Shown: in pieces, positions 19,968 through 28,786 of the stretch | How positions within the stretch are numbered: the first letter of the stretch is position 1 | Layout: the number at the start of each line of letters is the position of its first letter | Assembly: GCA_963752285.1 (NCBI GenBank) | Contig: CAVVXN010000005.1 | Location: forward strand, 1,024,001-1,088,000 | DNA: 64,000 bases | From: an uncultured Planctomycetota bacterium | GTDB lineage: Bacteria > Planctomycetota > PLA2 > JAEUHO01 | Direction of reading: 5' to 3' | Translations under genes and position numbers: made by a program | The notes under the pieces: generated by a model | The model's database searches: none | What the model was told of the DNA's origin: nothing | The model's input: only the letters and a program-made list of their open reading frames with translations

Positions 19968-20956
19968 CGCGCCGGGGGTCCGAGGGCGCGCAACAGCACG
20001 TCCGCGTTCCTCCGGTACATCGAGATCAGGTCCGGTGCGTCCGGCGTCGCGCCCGGCATGTGCGCCATCAGGACGGCTCTCGCCCCGGTCTGTTGCGCGA
20101 ACGACTGGACGGGTCCCTCCGGCTGGAACACCTCGTAGAGGATCGCCTTGACCTTCCCGCTCTTGCTCTGCACGGCGAGGTCCCGGACGTGGGAGGCCGT
20201 CGGCGGCACCCCGGGCTTGGGCTCCAGCGTGCCGAGCACGTTCAGCCCGAGCCGCTGGGCCAGGTACAGCATGTCGCTGTGGTACGACACGACCGACTCG
20301 CCCCGGTACGGCTTGAAGCTCTCGAGCATGCCGCCGGTTCGCGGTCCCGACTCCGCGCCACCCGAGTGCTTCCCGAGCAGCAGGTCGCTCACCTCCTCAC
20401 GGAGGCGCTTCGCGTTCTCCTGGAAGTCGCGTGCGCCGTCGGGTCGGAGCACGGAGAGCGCCGCCGCCACCTCGTCGCCGACGATCACGGCGTTCGCGGG
20501 GTCCAGCAGGTAGTGCGGGTTTCCGAAGGGGTGCACGTCGCCGAGCGCGCGGCTCACCTGCCCGCCCTCCGGGACCTCGAGCTTCTTGATGCGGGCGCTC
20601 GCGTCGAGGTACCCGGTGCTGCCCGGACGGATCTTCGGGTTGGCGCCGTCGCGGAGGATCAACGGCAGGTACCCGACCTCGAGGTCCATGCCCATCACCA
20701 CGAGCAGCTCAGCTTGGTTGCCCATGCGAATGAAGGAGGGACGCGCGTCCAGGAAGTGCGGGTCCTCGCCACCGCGGCAGAGGCTTTGGACGCTCACGTG
20801 CGCACCCCCGACGCGGCGCACGATGTCCGCGAGATCGGTCGTCGTCGTGAGCACGGACACCGAGCCGGAGGCCGCACGCGCGCGGGGTCCGGAGAGAGAG
20901 AGGAGCGGAAGCGCGAGCGCGACCGACGCAACGAGTCGAAGCGGACGATGGGTCAT
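19964..20956 (-). CDS. Metal ABC transporter substrate-binding protein (ZnuA/TroA family)
   Basis: EDPHF, DVHPFGNPHYLLDP, SYH, EPKPGVPPTASH. Confidence 0.92.
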   Translation of the reverse strand: MTHRPLRLVASVALALPLLSLSGPRARAASGSVSVLTTTTDLADIVRRVGGAHVSVQSLCRGGEDPHFLDARPSFIRMGNQAELLVVMGMDLEVGYLPLILRDGANPKIRPGSTGYLDASARIKKLEVPEGGQVSRALGDVHPFGNPHYLLDPANAVIVGDEVAAALSVLRPDGARDFQENAKRLREEVSDLLLGKHSGGAESGPRTGGMLESFKPYRGESVVSYHSDMLYLAQRLGLNVLGTLEPKPGVPPTASHVRDLAVQSKSGKVKAILYEVFQPEGPVQSFAQQTGARAVLMAHMPGATPDAPDLISMYRRNADVLLRALGPPAR

Positions 20957-20969
20957 GGGAGGATCCCTT

Positions 20970-22616
20970 CTAGAACTTGTGGGCGCCGTGCTTGCCGAGC
21001 GAGAAGTCGAAGTTGAGCCACACGCTCCAGTTGCCGTCCACGTTTCTGGGGAACGCGCTCGAGAGACCGGTCACGTCGTCGTAGCTCACCTGGAGTCGGA
21101 TGCGGCTGAACTCGCTGGGGTAGTAGGTGAGCGCGCCGCTCACGCGCGTGTGGTCGCCGGCGTAGGCGCCGTTGCTCCACGCCTGATCGACCCGAAGCCC
21201 GACGCTCCAGGGCCGATGGAAGCCGTAGACGAGCTCGGAGTAGAAGCCCTTGTCGATGTAGTCGAACGCGTCTACGTGGACGGGCATGGTGCCGCCGAGG
21301 CCGTCGTCGACCAGGCGGTCTTGGTCGGCGGCACGGAAGTCGCGCAGCAGGAACTCCGTTTGCCACTGGGCCCAGGGCCAGCCCGCGTCCGATTTGTCGG
21401 CCCTCCACTTGAGGAACAGGTCCCCGCCGTAGACCCGCGTACGGCCCCCCTCCCCGGTGCCGTTCGGGCCGATGGCGAAGGAAGCTCCACCGAGCACGGA
21501 GAGCGTCCCGCAGTGGACGCCGCGGAAGTCCTTGCTCGCCTCGGCCCGGAAGTGGTACGCGAGGTCATCGAGGGCCTTCACGTCGTGATGCTGATATTCG
21601 TGCAGCCCGATCTCCTCGCCGTCGGCGCCGAAGAACGGGACCTGCGTCTCACCGCGCGCGTTCTGCACGCCGGCGAGCAGCGTCACGGGGAAGCACGTGT
21701 GCGGGACGATCCACGAGAGGCGTGCGCCCTGTCCGCGCAGTCCGTCCGCACCGAACGCGCGGCCGAGGATCACCGGGAAGTTGACGAACTGCCACGTGTG
21801 CGGATGCGACGGGTTCAGCCGGCCGAACTCCGTGAAGAACTGGCCGATCTTGAGCTGCAGGCTGCAGGGGAGGGAGGTCGTGAGGGCGTACGCCTCTTCC
21901 AGCTCGAACTCGCTCTCCCCCTCCTCCGAGAGCTTGTAGACCACGTCGAAGAACCCGTAGAAGTACGGATCGACGTCGGCACTCGCCACGACCTCTTCGT
22001 TTCGCGCGTTGAACCCTCTCACGTGCGGATCGTGGTCGCCGAGCGCGATGGCTCCCGAGAGCGCGTCGTCCGTCGCCGTCGAGGTCCCGACCGTCGCGTC
22101 GAGGACCACCGACAGGTCGAGCAGCGTCCCCGCGCTCGGGATCACCGCGTTCTCGGGCACGCCCTGGAAGAGGTCCCGCTCCGTGAGGTAGTCCTCGACG
22201 ACTCCAGTGACCTCTTCCCGCGTGAGGCCGTGCTCCGGCGCCGCGGCACCGCCCGAGGAGGGGGTGCCCTCGGGGGGCGCGCCTCCCTCCGGGCCCTCGG
22301 GTGCCGGTCCGGGCTCCGTGTCGCCCGATGGCGCCGGACCGGGGGACGCGCCCCCGGTCGGCGCGGCGGCGGCACCGGCCCCTCCGCCGTGCTCGAGCGC
22401 CTCGAGGCGCCGCTCGAATGCCGCCCGGTCCGCCTCACGGGCGTTCTTCTCCGCCTCGAGCTCCTTGCGGAGGCGCTGGACCTCCGCGCTCGTGTCCCCG
22501 TCCGCCCGGGCGGGGCACACGTCGGCGAACGCGACGACCGCGATCGCGCAAGAGATGACGAGGAGACGGCGCACCGTCTCTCCCGAACCGACCACGTTCC
22601 ACGTCCTCGTGCTCAC
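20970..22616 (-). CDS. Outer-membrane beta-barrel protein associated with metal uptake
   Basis: Signal peptide, coiled coil, FELEEAY, GQFFTEFGRLNPSHPH, PSEFSRIRLQ, C-terminal GKHGAHKF; GGAGGAGG RBS. Confidence 0.8.
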   Translation of the reverse strand: MSTRTWNVVGSGETVRRLLVISCAIAVVAFADVCPARADGDTSAEVQRLRKELEAEKNAREADRAAFERRLEALEHGGGAGAAAAPTGGASPGPAPSGDTEPGPAPEGPEGGAPPEGTPSSGGAAAPEHGLTREEVTGVVEDYLTERDLFQGVPENAVIPSAGTLLDLSVVLDATVGTSTATDDALSGAIALGDHDPHVRGFNARNEEVVASADVDPYFYGFFDVVYKLSEEGESEFELEEAYALTTSLPCSLQLKIGQFFTEFGRLNPSHPHTWQFVNFPVILGRAFGADGLRGQGARLSWIVPHTCFPVTLLAGVQNARGETQVPFFGADGEEIGLHEYQHHDVKALDDLAYHFRAEASKDFRGVHCGTLSVLGGASFAIGPNGTGEGGRTRVYGGDLFLKWRADKSDAGWPWAQWQTEFLLRDFRAADQDRLVDDGLGGTMPVHVDAFDYIDKGFYSELVYGFHRPWSVGLRVDQAWSNGAYAGDHTRVSGALTYYPSEFSRIRLQVSYDDVTGLSSAFPRNVDGNWSVWLNFDFSLGKHGAHKF

Positions 22617-22726
22617 GAATCCTCCTCCGGTTCGCGCGAAGCGGACGAGGGGAGGCGCCGCTCGGGCGGCGACGAGCCGCCGGCACGCGCTCCGGAACGC
22701 GAATGCGCCCCTCCGCTACGCGGTGT

Positions 22727-23128
22727 TCACGCGACCGGAGAAGCGGGTGGACCGCGGGGACTCGCGGAGGTGAGGTCGGGAGCGCGCGGCGGGACGGAAC
22801 GGACCGCGAGGACCGGCCGCGCGCCGTGGAAGCCGCGCGGTGGCAGCGACGCCGGTGCGACGGTCGTAGAGCCGCGCGCCGCGTGTATGGCCTGGCAGAG
22901 GGCGCACGAGGCCGGGTCGTGTACCGGGCCGCCGCTCCCGTCGCGGACGCTCGGCGCCGAAGACGCGTCCCGCGCGATCGCGCGCGCGTGGCCCGCCGTG
23001 GCGCCCTCGCCGTGGATCGCCGGGAGGATGATCTGCGCCCAGGGAAGGAGCGAGACCGCCACGGCGGCGAAGAACCGCGGGCCGAGGATGCGCCTCTTCA
23101 CGACCGCGGGAGTATGGCCCCCTTCCAT
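22727..23128 (-). CDS. DUF2946-like leader protein (TM/signal - CxxC - RGPP)
   Basis: Hydrophobic N-terminus, HDPASCALCQ, C-terminal SPRGPP; directly upstream of the metal uptake operon. Start is ATG 23128 or GTG 23101. Confidence 0.7.
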   Translation of the reverse strand: MEGGHTPAVVKRRILGPRFFAAVAVSLLPWAQIILPAIHGEGATAGHARAIARDASSAPSVRDGSGGPVHDPASCALCQAIHAARGSTTVAPASLPPRGFHGARPVLAVRSVPPRAPDLTSASPRGPPASPVA

Positions 23129-23317
23129 GCGCCTGGCAAGGCCCCGCCGGTGGCCGGTGGAGCCACCGTCTCGCCGGTCTCCCTGACGTCTTCCCGGGCA
23201 GGGCAGGTCGCACCGCCCGTCGAGGCGCCCCCGCAAACACGCCGCACCATCGTCGGCGTCGAGATCGGAACGCACGAGTCTCGCTTGCGACTCCGCCCCG
23301 GGGAGCCCGAGGCGCGC

Positions 23318-23788
23318 TCAGGACCGTTGGCGAAGCGCCTCCAGGACGTGGCGCGGGTGCTCGCCCGCGTCGCTCACGCGCTTCCAGTGCTTCACGACCT
23401 TCCCGTCGGGCCCGATCCAGACCGTCGAGCGGATGACGCCGGTGGTCTTCTTGCCGTAGAGCGTCTTCTCGCCCCACGCGCCGTACGCCTGCATCACCTC
23501 ATGCGTCGGATCGGAGAGCAGCGGGAAGGGGAGCTCGTGCTTCTCGGCGAACCGCTGGTGCGAGTCGGCGCCGTCCGGCGACACGCCGAGCACCACGGCC
23601 CCCGCCGCCTCGATGTCCTTCGTGAGGTCGCGGAAGCACTGCGCCTCCTTCGTGCAGCCGGGCGTGTCGTCCTTGGGGTAGAAGTAGACGATCACGTCCT
23701 TCCCCGCGTAGTCCTTCACCGCGTGCTTCACGCCCTCCGCGTCGGGGAGCGAGAACGCAGGCGCCTTCCGGCCTTCCTCGATGGGCAT
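23318..23788 (-). CDS. bcp: Thioredoxin-dependent peroxiredoxin BCP/PrxQ
   Basis: YFYPKDDTPGCTKEAQCFRD, GVIRST. Confidence 0.95.
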   Translation of the reverse strand: MPIEEGRKAPAFSLPDAEGVKHAVKDYAGKDVIVYFYPKDDTPGCTKEAQCFRDLTKDIEAAGAVVLGVSPDGADSHQRFAEKHELPFPLLSDPTHEVMQAYGAWGEKTLYGKKTTGVIRSTVWIGPDGKVVKHWKRVSDAGEHPRHVLEALRQRS

Positions 23789-24078
23789 CGCGGGCTCCTC
23801 CGATGAGTCGCGGCGGGATGCTACCAGCGCCGTCCGGACGCCGTGCCACCGGACCCTCCGGCTCCCACCTCGTCTCGGGCCAGACGACACGACGCGGTCG
23901 GCCGACGGGGCCGCCGCTCGCGGAGCCGTGGACCGCGCGCCGCATGTTCGGGCCCGCCCGGCCGGAGCCGACCCCCGGTCGGCCATGCCGGACGTGGGGC
24001 GCACCGCGGTCGAGACGCGCGCGAACCGGACCCTCCGGCGGTCGAGCGCCTCCGCCTCGGCCCCGACCGGCCCGGCGT

Positions 24079-24210
24079 CCAGCGGAGCACGATCGGGCGC
24101 ACGAGATCGCGATCGTCGATCACGATGTCCGCCCGCGGCGCCGGGTCGAACGCCTCCAGGTAGAGAGCCTGACCCTCCTCGTAGCGCCGGAACCGTCCCG
24201 CGAGCGGGTC
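24079..24210 (-). pseudogene. C-terminal remnant of a uridine-kinase-like P-loop protein
   Basis: 'RRYEEGQALYLEAFDPAPRADIVIDDRD' resembles the C-terminus of that family; no P-loop upstream. Confidence 0.4.
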
Positions 24211-24452
24211 CACGGGACCGAGCGCCCGTCGCGCGCGAGGGTGCCCGGCACGCGACTCGGGAGTCTCCACTCGGCAGCGTCCTACGACCACGCCCGCGCC
24301 CAGGACCCCCTCGTCGCGCCCGGGGTAGGGTACAGCGTTCGGACGCCCTCGGACGCCCTCGGACGCCGCTCGTGCCCGCTCGCGGCTTCGCGCTCCGCGA
24401 CCGCCGCGCCCCGAACACGGCTACGCTACGCCGCGCCGTCCGCCGGAGGCCG

Positions 24453-24611
24453 ATGGGGCCAGCCATGGGAAGAAACGCACGTCGAGTCCTCCTCGTGGCC
24501 ACCCTCGTCGTCCTGGCGGGCATGATCACGACGTTGTTCCTCGCCTCGGCCGAGCACTGGGGACGAACGCCCGAGCGGCCGACGCCGCGCCTCGACGCGC
24601 CGCCGAAGTAG
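24453..24611 (+). CDS. Small single-TM protein
   Basis: GGAGG upstream; RRVLLVATLVVLAGMITTLFLAS hydrophobic helix. Start is 24453 or 24465. Confidence 0.5.
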   Translation: MGPAMGRNARRVLLVATLVVLAGMITTLFLASAEHWGRTPERPTPRLDAPPK

Positions 24612-24694
24612 GGCTCCCCCGAAGTAGGGCGCGGCAGAAATGGGGCGCCGCCGGCCACGCGGCCTGCGTCCGCCCGCCGCGCTACCCTCCGCGC

Positions 24695-25621
24695 ATGCGC
24701 CGCGCCCCCGCCCTCCTCGTCGCGCTCCTCGGCCTCTCGGCCCTCTGCGTGCCCGCATGCGGGTCGGCATCTTCGGGCTCCACCCCGGCGCCCGACCTCT
24801 TCGTGCACGCGTCCGCGGTCGTCAACACCGACGACCTGCGCCTGTCTTACGACCTCTGGCCCTCGAGGACGCCCGCCGCGCCCCGGACGCCCGTCGTGCT
24901 GATCGGGGGCTTCCCCACGGACGTGAAGGAGGACTGGGCGGACGTCGCCCGCGCGCTCTCGACGGATCGGGACGTGTTGACGTACGACCCGCGCGGCGTC
25001 GGGGAGACCGGGATCGGGCCGACGCCAGGCAGCTACACGCAGAACCAGATGGACGTCGATCTCGAGGAGCTGATCCAGCAGGTGTTCCCGACCGCGAAGC
25101 CCTGCCTCGTCGGATGCTCGGTGCGCGGGCGGATCGCGCTCCAGCGCGCGTTCGACTCGTTCAACGACTCGAGCCTGGTGCTCGCCGGCGCCGCGGGCTC
25201 GACGCCCACCTTGGGGCCCGACCACGCGGCGTTCGTGGACGTCTTCGGGAACGCGTCGTGGGGAACGAATCCCGACCTCTCGACGCGGCTGGACCTCGCG
25301 AAGATCGTCCTCGACGCGCCGGCCGACCGGGTCGCGCTCGTCGCCGCGCTCGGCCAGGGGAACCGCCCCGGCGGGGGGGCGATGCGATGGAGCGGCTTCC
25401 TCACCGGGGCCACCCCGGGAATCCAGTTCATCTCGCTCCCGACCCTGGTGCTCGCGGGAAGCGCGGATCGCGTGTACGCCCCGGACACGGGCCAGGCGCT
25501 CGCGACGGAGATCGGAGGTTCGGCGAGCTTCTACGAGGTCCCGGGCGGTGCGCACGCGTTCTGGTTCGACGATCCCCTGGGCTTCGCGGCCGAGATCCGA
25601 GCGTTCGTGGACTCGCTCTGA
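24695..25621 (+). CDS. Alpha/beta hydrolase-fold lipoprotein
   Basis: YDPRGVGET, LVGCSVRG elbow, LPTLVLAGSAD, GGAHAF. Confidence 0.85.
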   Translation: MRRAPALLVALLGLSALCVPACGSASSGSTPAPDLFVHASAVVNTDDLRLSYDLWPSRTPAAPRTPVVLIGGFPTDVKEDWADVARALSTDRDVLTYDPRGVGETGIGPTPGSYTQNQMDVDLEELIQQVFPTAKPCLVGCSVRGRIALQRAFDSFNDSSLVLAGAAGSTPTLGPDHAAFVDVFGNASWGTNPDLSTRLDLAKIVLDAPADRVALVAALGQGNRPGGGAMRWSGFLTGATPGIQFISLPTLVLAGSADRVYAPDTGQALATEIGGSASFYEVPGGAHAFWFDDPLGFAAEIRAFVDSL

Positions 25622-25656
25622 TCGCCGTACGAGGGCGGGCTGGGCACCCTGGCCGT

Positions 25657-27030
25657 GTGGAGAACGCCGTGGCCCCGCGCCGTGCTCGGAGACGGCGAGG
25701 GTCGGCCGTGCTTACGCTCGCCCTGGTGCTCGCAACCGTCCTGACGTCCGGCGTCGGCGCGACGGCCGGCGCCCGCGTGGCCGATCTCCGCCTCCAGCTC
25801 CTCACGGCCGACGGCGGGCGGTCCGAGATCGAGATCGACCGCGCCGTTTGCCGGGACGCCGAGGCGCGCGCGGCCGACGGGGGAGAGCCGCGTCTGCGTC
25901 TCGCGCTTCGGCCGGGTGACGCGCTGGTCCTTCACACCGCCGACGCGAGGGCCATCGCCGCGAACGTGCGCGTGCACGTCCCCGACCCGGTTCCACCCGT
26001 GCTGACGGGCGTCGTGCCGGCCCGCGACCACCCGGCGCTCTCGAACCTCGTGCTCCAGGTCGTGGACGAGGACGGCCCGCTCCCCGGAGCCGCTCTCGAC
26101 TGGGGCGAAACGGACGACCCCTCGCCCACGACGCGCGCCGACGCGGAGGGGCGGATCGTCGTCGCGGCGCGGCCCGCGATGAAGGGCACGCCGACGGAGC
26201 CGCCGCTGCGCCGCTATCTCGCTACGGAGTGGTGCGTGCACGCGCCGGGTCACACGGCCTCGACACGGCGCCCCCTCGCCCTCCCGGTCTACGACGACGT
26301 GGCCGGCGCGGCCTGGCTTGCGACGGGGCGCTACCCGGTCCTCCTCGCCCGCCGAACGGGCCCGCAAGCCGGGAACGAGCGCGCGATCCACGTCGTGGAC
26401 GCACGCTGGCATCCGGTGCCCTTCGCACGCGTGGACGTCGTGTTCCCCGCCTTGCCCGAGGTCGTGACGCTCGGCGCGTACGATGCCGTGCGCGACGGCT
26501 TCCGGCGCACGGACGAACACGGTGTGGCGGAGGTACCGGTCCCCCTTTCGGTGGGGCTCCAGGTGCGCGTCGGCGGTGCGCCGGTCGCCACGTTCGGCCT
26601 CGCGGACGCGGCGTGGCCCCCGAGGGCGCTCGGCCCGCGCGACCTTCGCCTGCCGGAGCTCGCGGACGCGACGCTCGTGATCGACGACGTTCCGGCGGAC
26701 GCGACCGCGCAGCTCTGCGCCGGAGCGGGGACGGGCGACCGGACCGCGGTCGCCCCCGCCTCCACGACGCTCGACGCCGAGGCGCGGGACCTCCTCGGCG
26801 AGAACGGCTGCGTATTCCCCTTCTGGCTCTGCGGCCCGAGGCCCATCCTCGCGTCGCCCCGGACGACGCTTCAAGTGAACCTCGCCGTGGGCCGGCCCAC
26901 GTCGCTGCTCCTCGACGCCAGGACGGGGCGCCGGCGGTGGACCGTGGCGCCCGATCACGGCGGCCCGTGGCGCGCCACGGCGCGCTGGTCGGACCTGCCG
27001 CAGCGCGACGGAGCGCCGAACACCCGTTAG
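25657..27030 (+). CDS. Secreted hypothetical protein with carboxypeptidase-regulatory-like beta domains
   Basis: Hydrophobic N-terminus; repeats 'VVDEDGPLPGA...RADAEGRI' and 'VVDARWHPVPFARV...RTDEHGVA'. Start approximate. Confidence 0.6.
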   Translation: MENAVAPRRARRRRGSAVLTLALVLATVLTSGVGATAGARVADLRLQLLTADGGRSEIEIDRAVCRDAEARAADGGEPRLRLALRPGDALVLHTADARAIAANVRVHVPDPVPPVLTGVVPARDHPALSNLVLQVVDEDGPLPGAALDWGETDDPSPTTRADAEGRIVVAARPAMKGTPTEPPLRRYLATEWCVHAPGHTASTRRPLALPVYDDVAGAAWLATGRYPVLLARRTGPQAGNERAIHVVDARWHPVPFARVDVVFPALPEVVTLGAYDAVRDGFRRTDEHGVAEVPVPLSVGLQVRVGGAPVATFGLADAAWPPRALGPRDLRLPELADATLVIDDVPADATAQLCAGAGTGDRTAVAPASTTLDAEARDLLGENGCVFPFWLCGPRPILASPRTTLQVNLAVGRPTSLLLDARTGRRRWTVAPDHGGPWRATARWSDLPQRDGAPNTR

Positions 27031-27084
27031 CGATCGGGCGACTGCGGGACGCTGGCGGCCGGACGGACCGGTCCGGATGCGCGT

Positions 27085-27702
27085 TCAAGGGACGTGCGCG
27101 AGCGTCTCGTCCACCGAGGGTCGGTCCACGATTCGGTCGCCGACGACGCGCCAGAGGACGCGCCGTTCGCCGTCGAGGACGAACGTCGCCGGCAGCGCGG
27201 AGTCCTTGCCCTCCTGGCGCACACCGTAGGCCGCGGCGAGGCGGAGGTCGGTGTCGCTGACCAGGGGAAAGGCGAGACCGAGCTTCTTCGCGAGGTCGGC
27301 CGCCTGCTCGGGCGTGTCGGCGCTGACCGCCACGAGCCGGGCGCCCGCGGCCTCGATCCGTCCCCGCTGGTCCTGCAGCCCGCCGAGCTGCTTGCGGCAC
27401 CAGGGTCACCAGTGCCCGCGATAGAAGACGACGATGGTGGGCGTTCCCGGCTTCATGCCCTCGACGTCCGGTGCGAGGTCCCCCACCGCCAGCGGCTCGT
27501 CGCGCGCCGCGAGGACCCGCTTCCCGACCTCGGCCTCGACCGCCGGGTCGATGCGCTCGCGGTACGGCGGTGACGAGGGCGCGACCGCCGGCGAGGCGCC
27601 CTCGCCCGTCCCCTTGCCGCAGCCGACGAGCGACAGCCCGAACGCCACGAGCGCCACGAACGCAGCGGGGAAGGGAACGAGCCGGGTCGTCAAGGCGCCC
27701 AC
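27085..27702 (-). CDS. Peroxiredoxin-like (AhpC/TSA) lipoprotein with in-frame UGA, predicted selenoprotein (UxxC)
   Basis: VVFYRGHW-TGA(27408-27406)-PWCRKQL continues in frame to AVSADT...FPLVSD...PATFVLD; lipobox SLVGC. Confidence 0.88.
27363..27405 (-). promoter_or_regulatory. Bacterial SECIS-like stem-loop immediately 3' of the UGA
   Basis: mRNA CCCUGGU..GCAGCUC-GGC-GGGCUGC..ACCAG: upper stem with a G-starting loop 21 nt after UGA, lower stem CUGGU/ACCAG. Confidence 0.7.
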
Positions 27703-28154
27703 CGGGTCGAAGCGTAGCCGGGGTGTCGGGGCGAGGGGCTGCTGCCGGGCACGACACGCGAGGTCCCCGCGTGTCCACGACGCCGGGACCGTCGGACCGT
27801 GGGGAGGAAGGAGGATCGGACGCCCGGAGGCGTCCGCTCGCCTCCGTGGCGCGTACGCCCTCGACGCGGTCGCACTTCGCGAGCCCCTCTCCCGCGCTCG
27901 TCCCGCTCGCGAGCGTCGCCATCCTGCTGGCGCTCTACCTCCACCCGGTCTCCGCATACCTCCACCTCCTCTGATTCCCGATCGAGGCCAAAGCGACGAC
28001 CGAGCCCGCGCTCGACTCGGCGCTGCTCCGCGGGCGCGGCCCCCGCGTGCCTCCCCCGCGGAATCGAGGCCGGAACGGCCCCCGAGGGGCGTTACGCGAC
28101 CTGTGGACCTGAATATCCTCAATACGAACCGACCCCTTAGTCGATCGGGAATAT

Positions 28155-28778
28155 GTGAAGACCTCGCGGACTCCGTCCCGCTCCCGCGGGGGGCGAGTCC
28201 CCGGGCGGGACACCCGACCTGGGGCCGCCCCGGTGGCCGGTTCCGCGAGCCTCACACGAACTCTCTACGAACCGCGGTCACGTGCGGCTCCGCCTCTCGA
28301 TCCGGCGCTGCCGCGGTCCCCGGCCCGCCGCCTGACCGCGGGCTTCACCCTGCTCGAGCTGCTCGTCGTGACCGGGATCATCTCGATCCTGGCGTCGATG
28401 GCGATCCCCTCGTTCCAGCAGGCGCTCGGGATCGCCCGACAGACGCGTGCGGTCCAGGAGCTCCGGGCGCTCTCCCGCGACATCGACGCGTACCTGATCC
28501 GGAACGGTGCGCTCCCGGACGCTCTCGCCGACGTGGGCCGCGCGTCGCTTCGTGACCCGTGGGGCCACCCCTACGCGTACCTGCGCATCGACGGCGGCAA
28601 GAAGGGGAACGGCCAGGTACGCAAGGACCACAATCTCGTCCCGCTCAACACCGACTACGACCTCTACAGCATGGGCCCCGACGGGAAGAGCGTCTCGCCC
28701 TTGACGGCCGCGCAGAGCCGGGACGACGTCGTGCGCGCCCAGAACGGCGAGTTCTACGGGCCGGCGTCCGGGTACTGA
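28155..28778 (+). CDS. GspG-like pseudopilin (prepilin N-terminal cleavage/methylation motif)
   Basis: G|FTLLELLVVTGIISILASMAIP, DPWGHPY, YDLYSMGPDG. Start uncertain. Confidence 0.88.
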   Translation: MKTSRTPSRSRGGRVPGRDTRPGAAPVAGSASLTRTLYEPRSRAAPPLDPALPRSPARRLTAGFTLLELLVVTGIISILASMAIPSFQQALGIARQTRAVQELRALSRDIDAYLIRNGALPDALADVGRASLRDPWGHPYAYLRIDGGKKGNGQVRKDHNLVPLNTDYDLYSMGPDGKSVSPLTAAQSRDDVVRAQNGEFYGPASGY

Positions 28779-28786
28779 GCGCTCCG

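Noticed and set aside
24601..24630. Direct repeat CCGAAGTAGGGC x2
   Set aside because: Short local duplication at a stop codon; no supportable function.
27700..28155. c-di-GMP riboswitch upstream of pilin/HD-GYP
   Set aside because: Could not find the GEMM consensus elements by eye.
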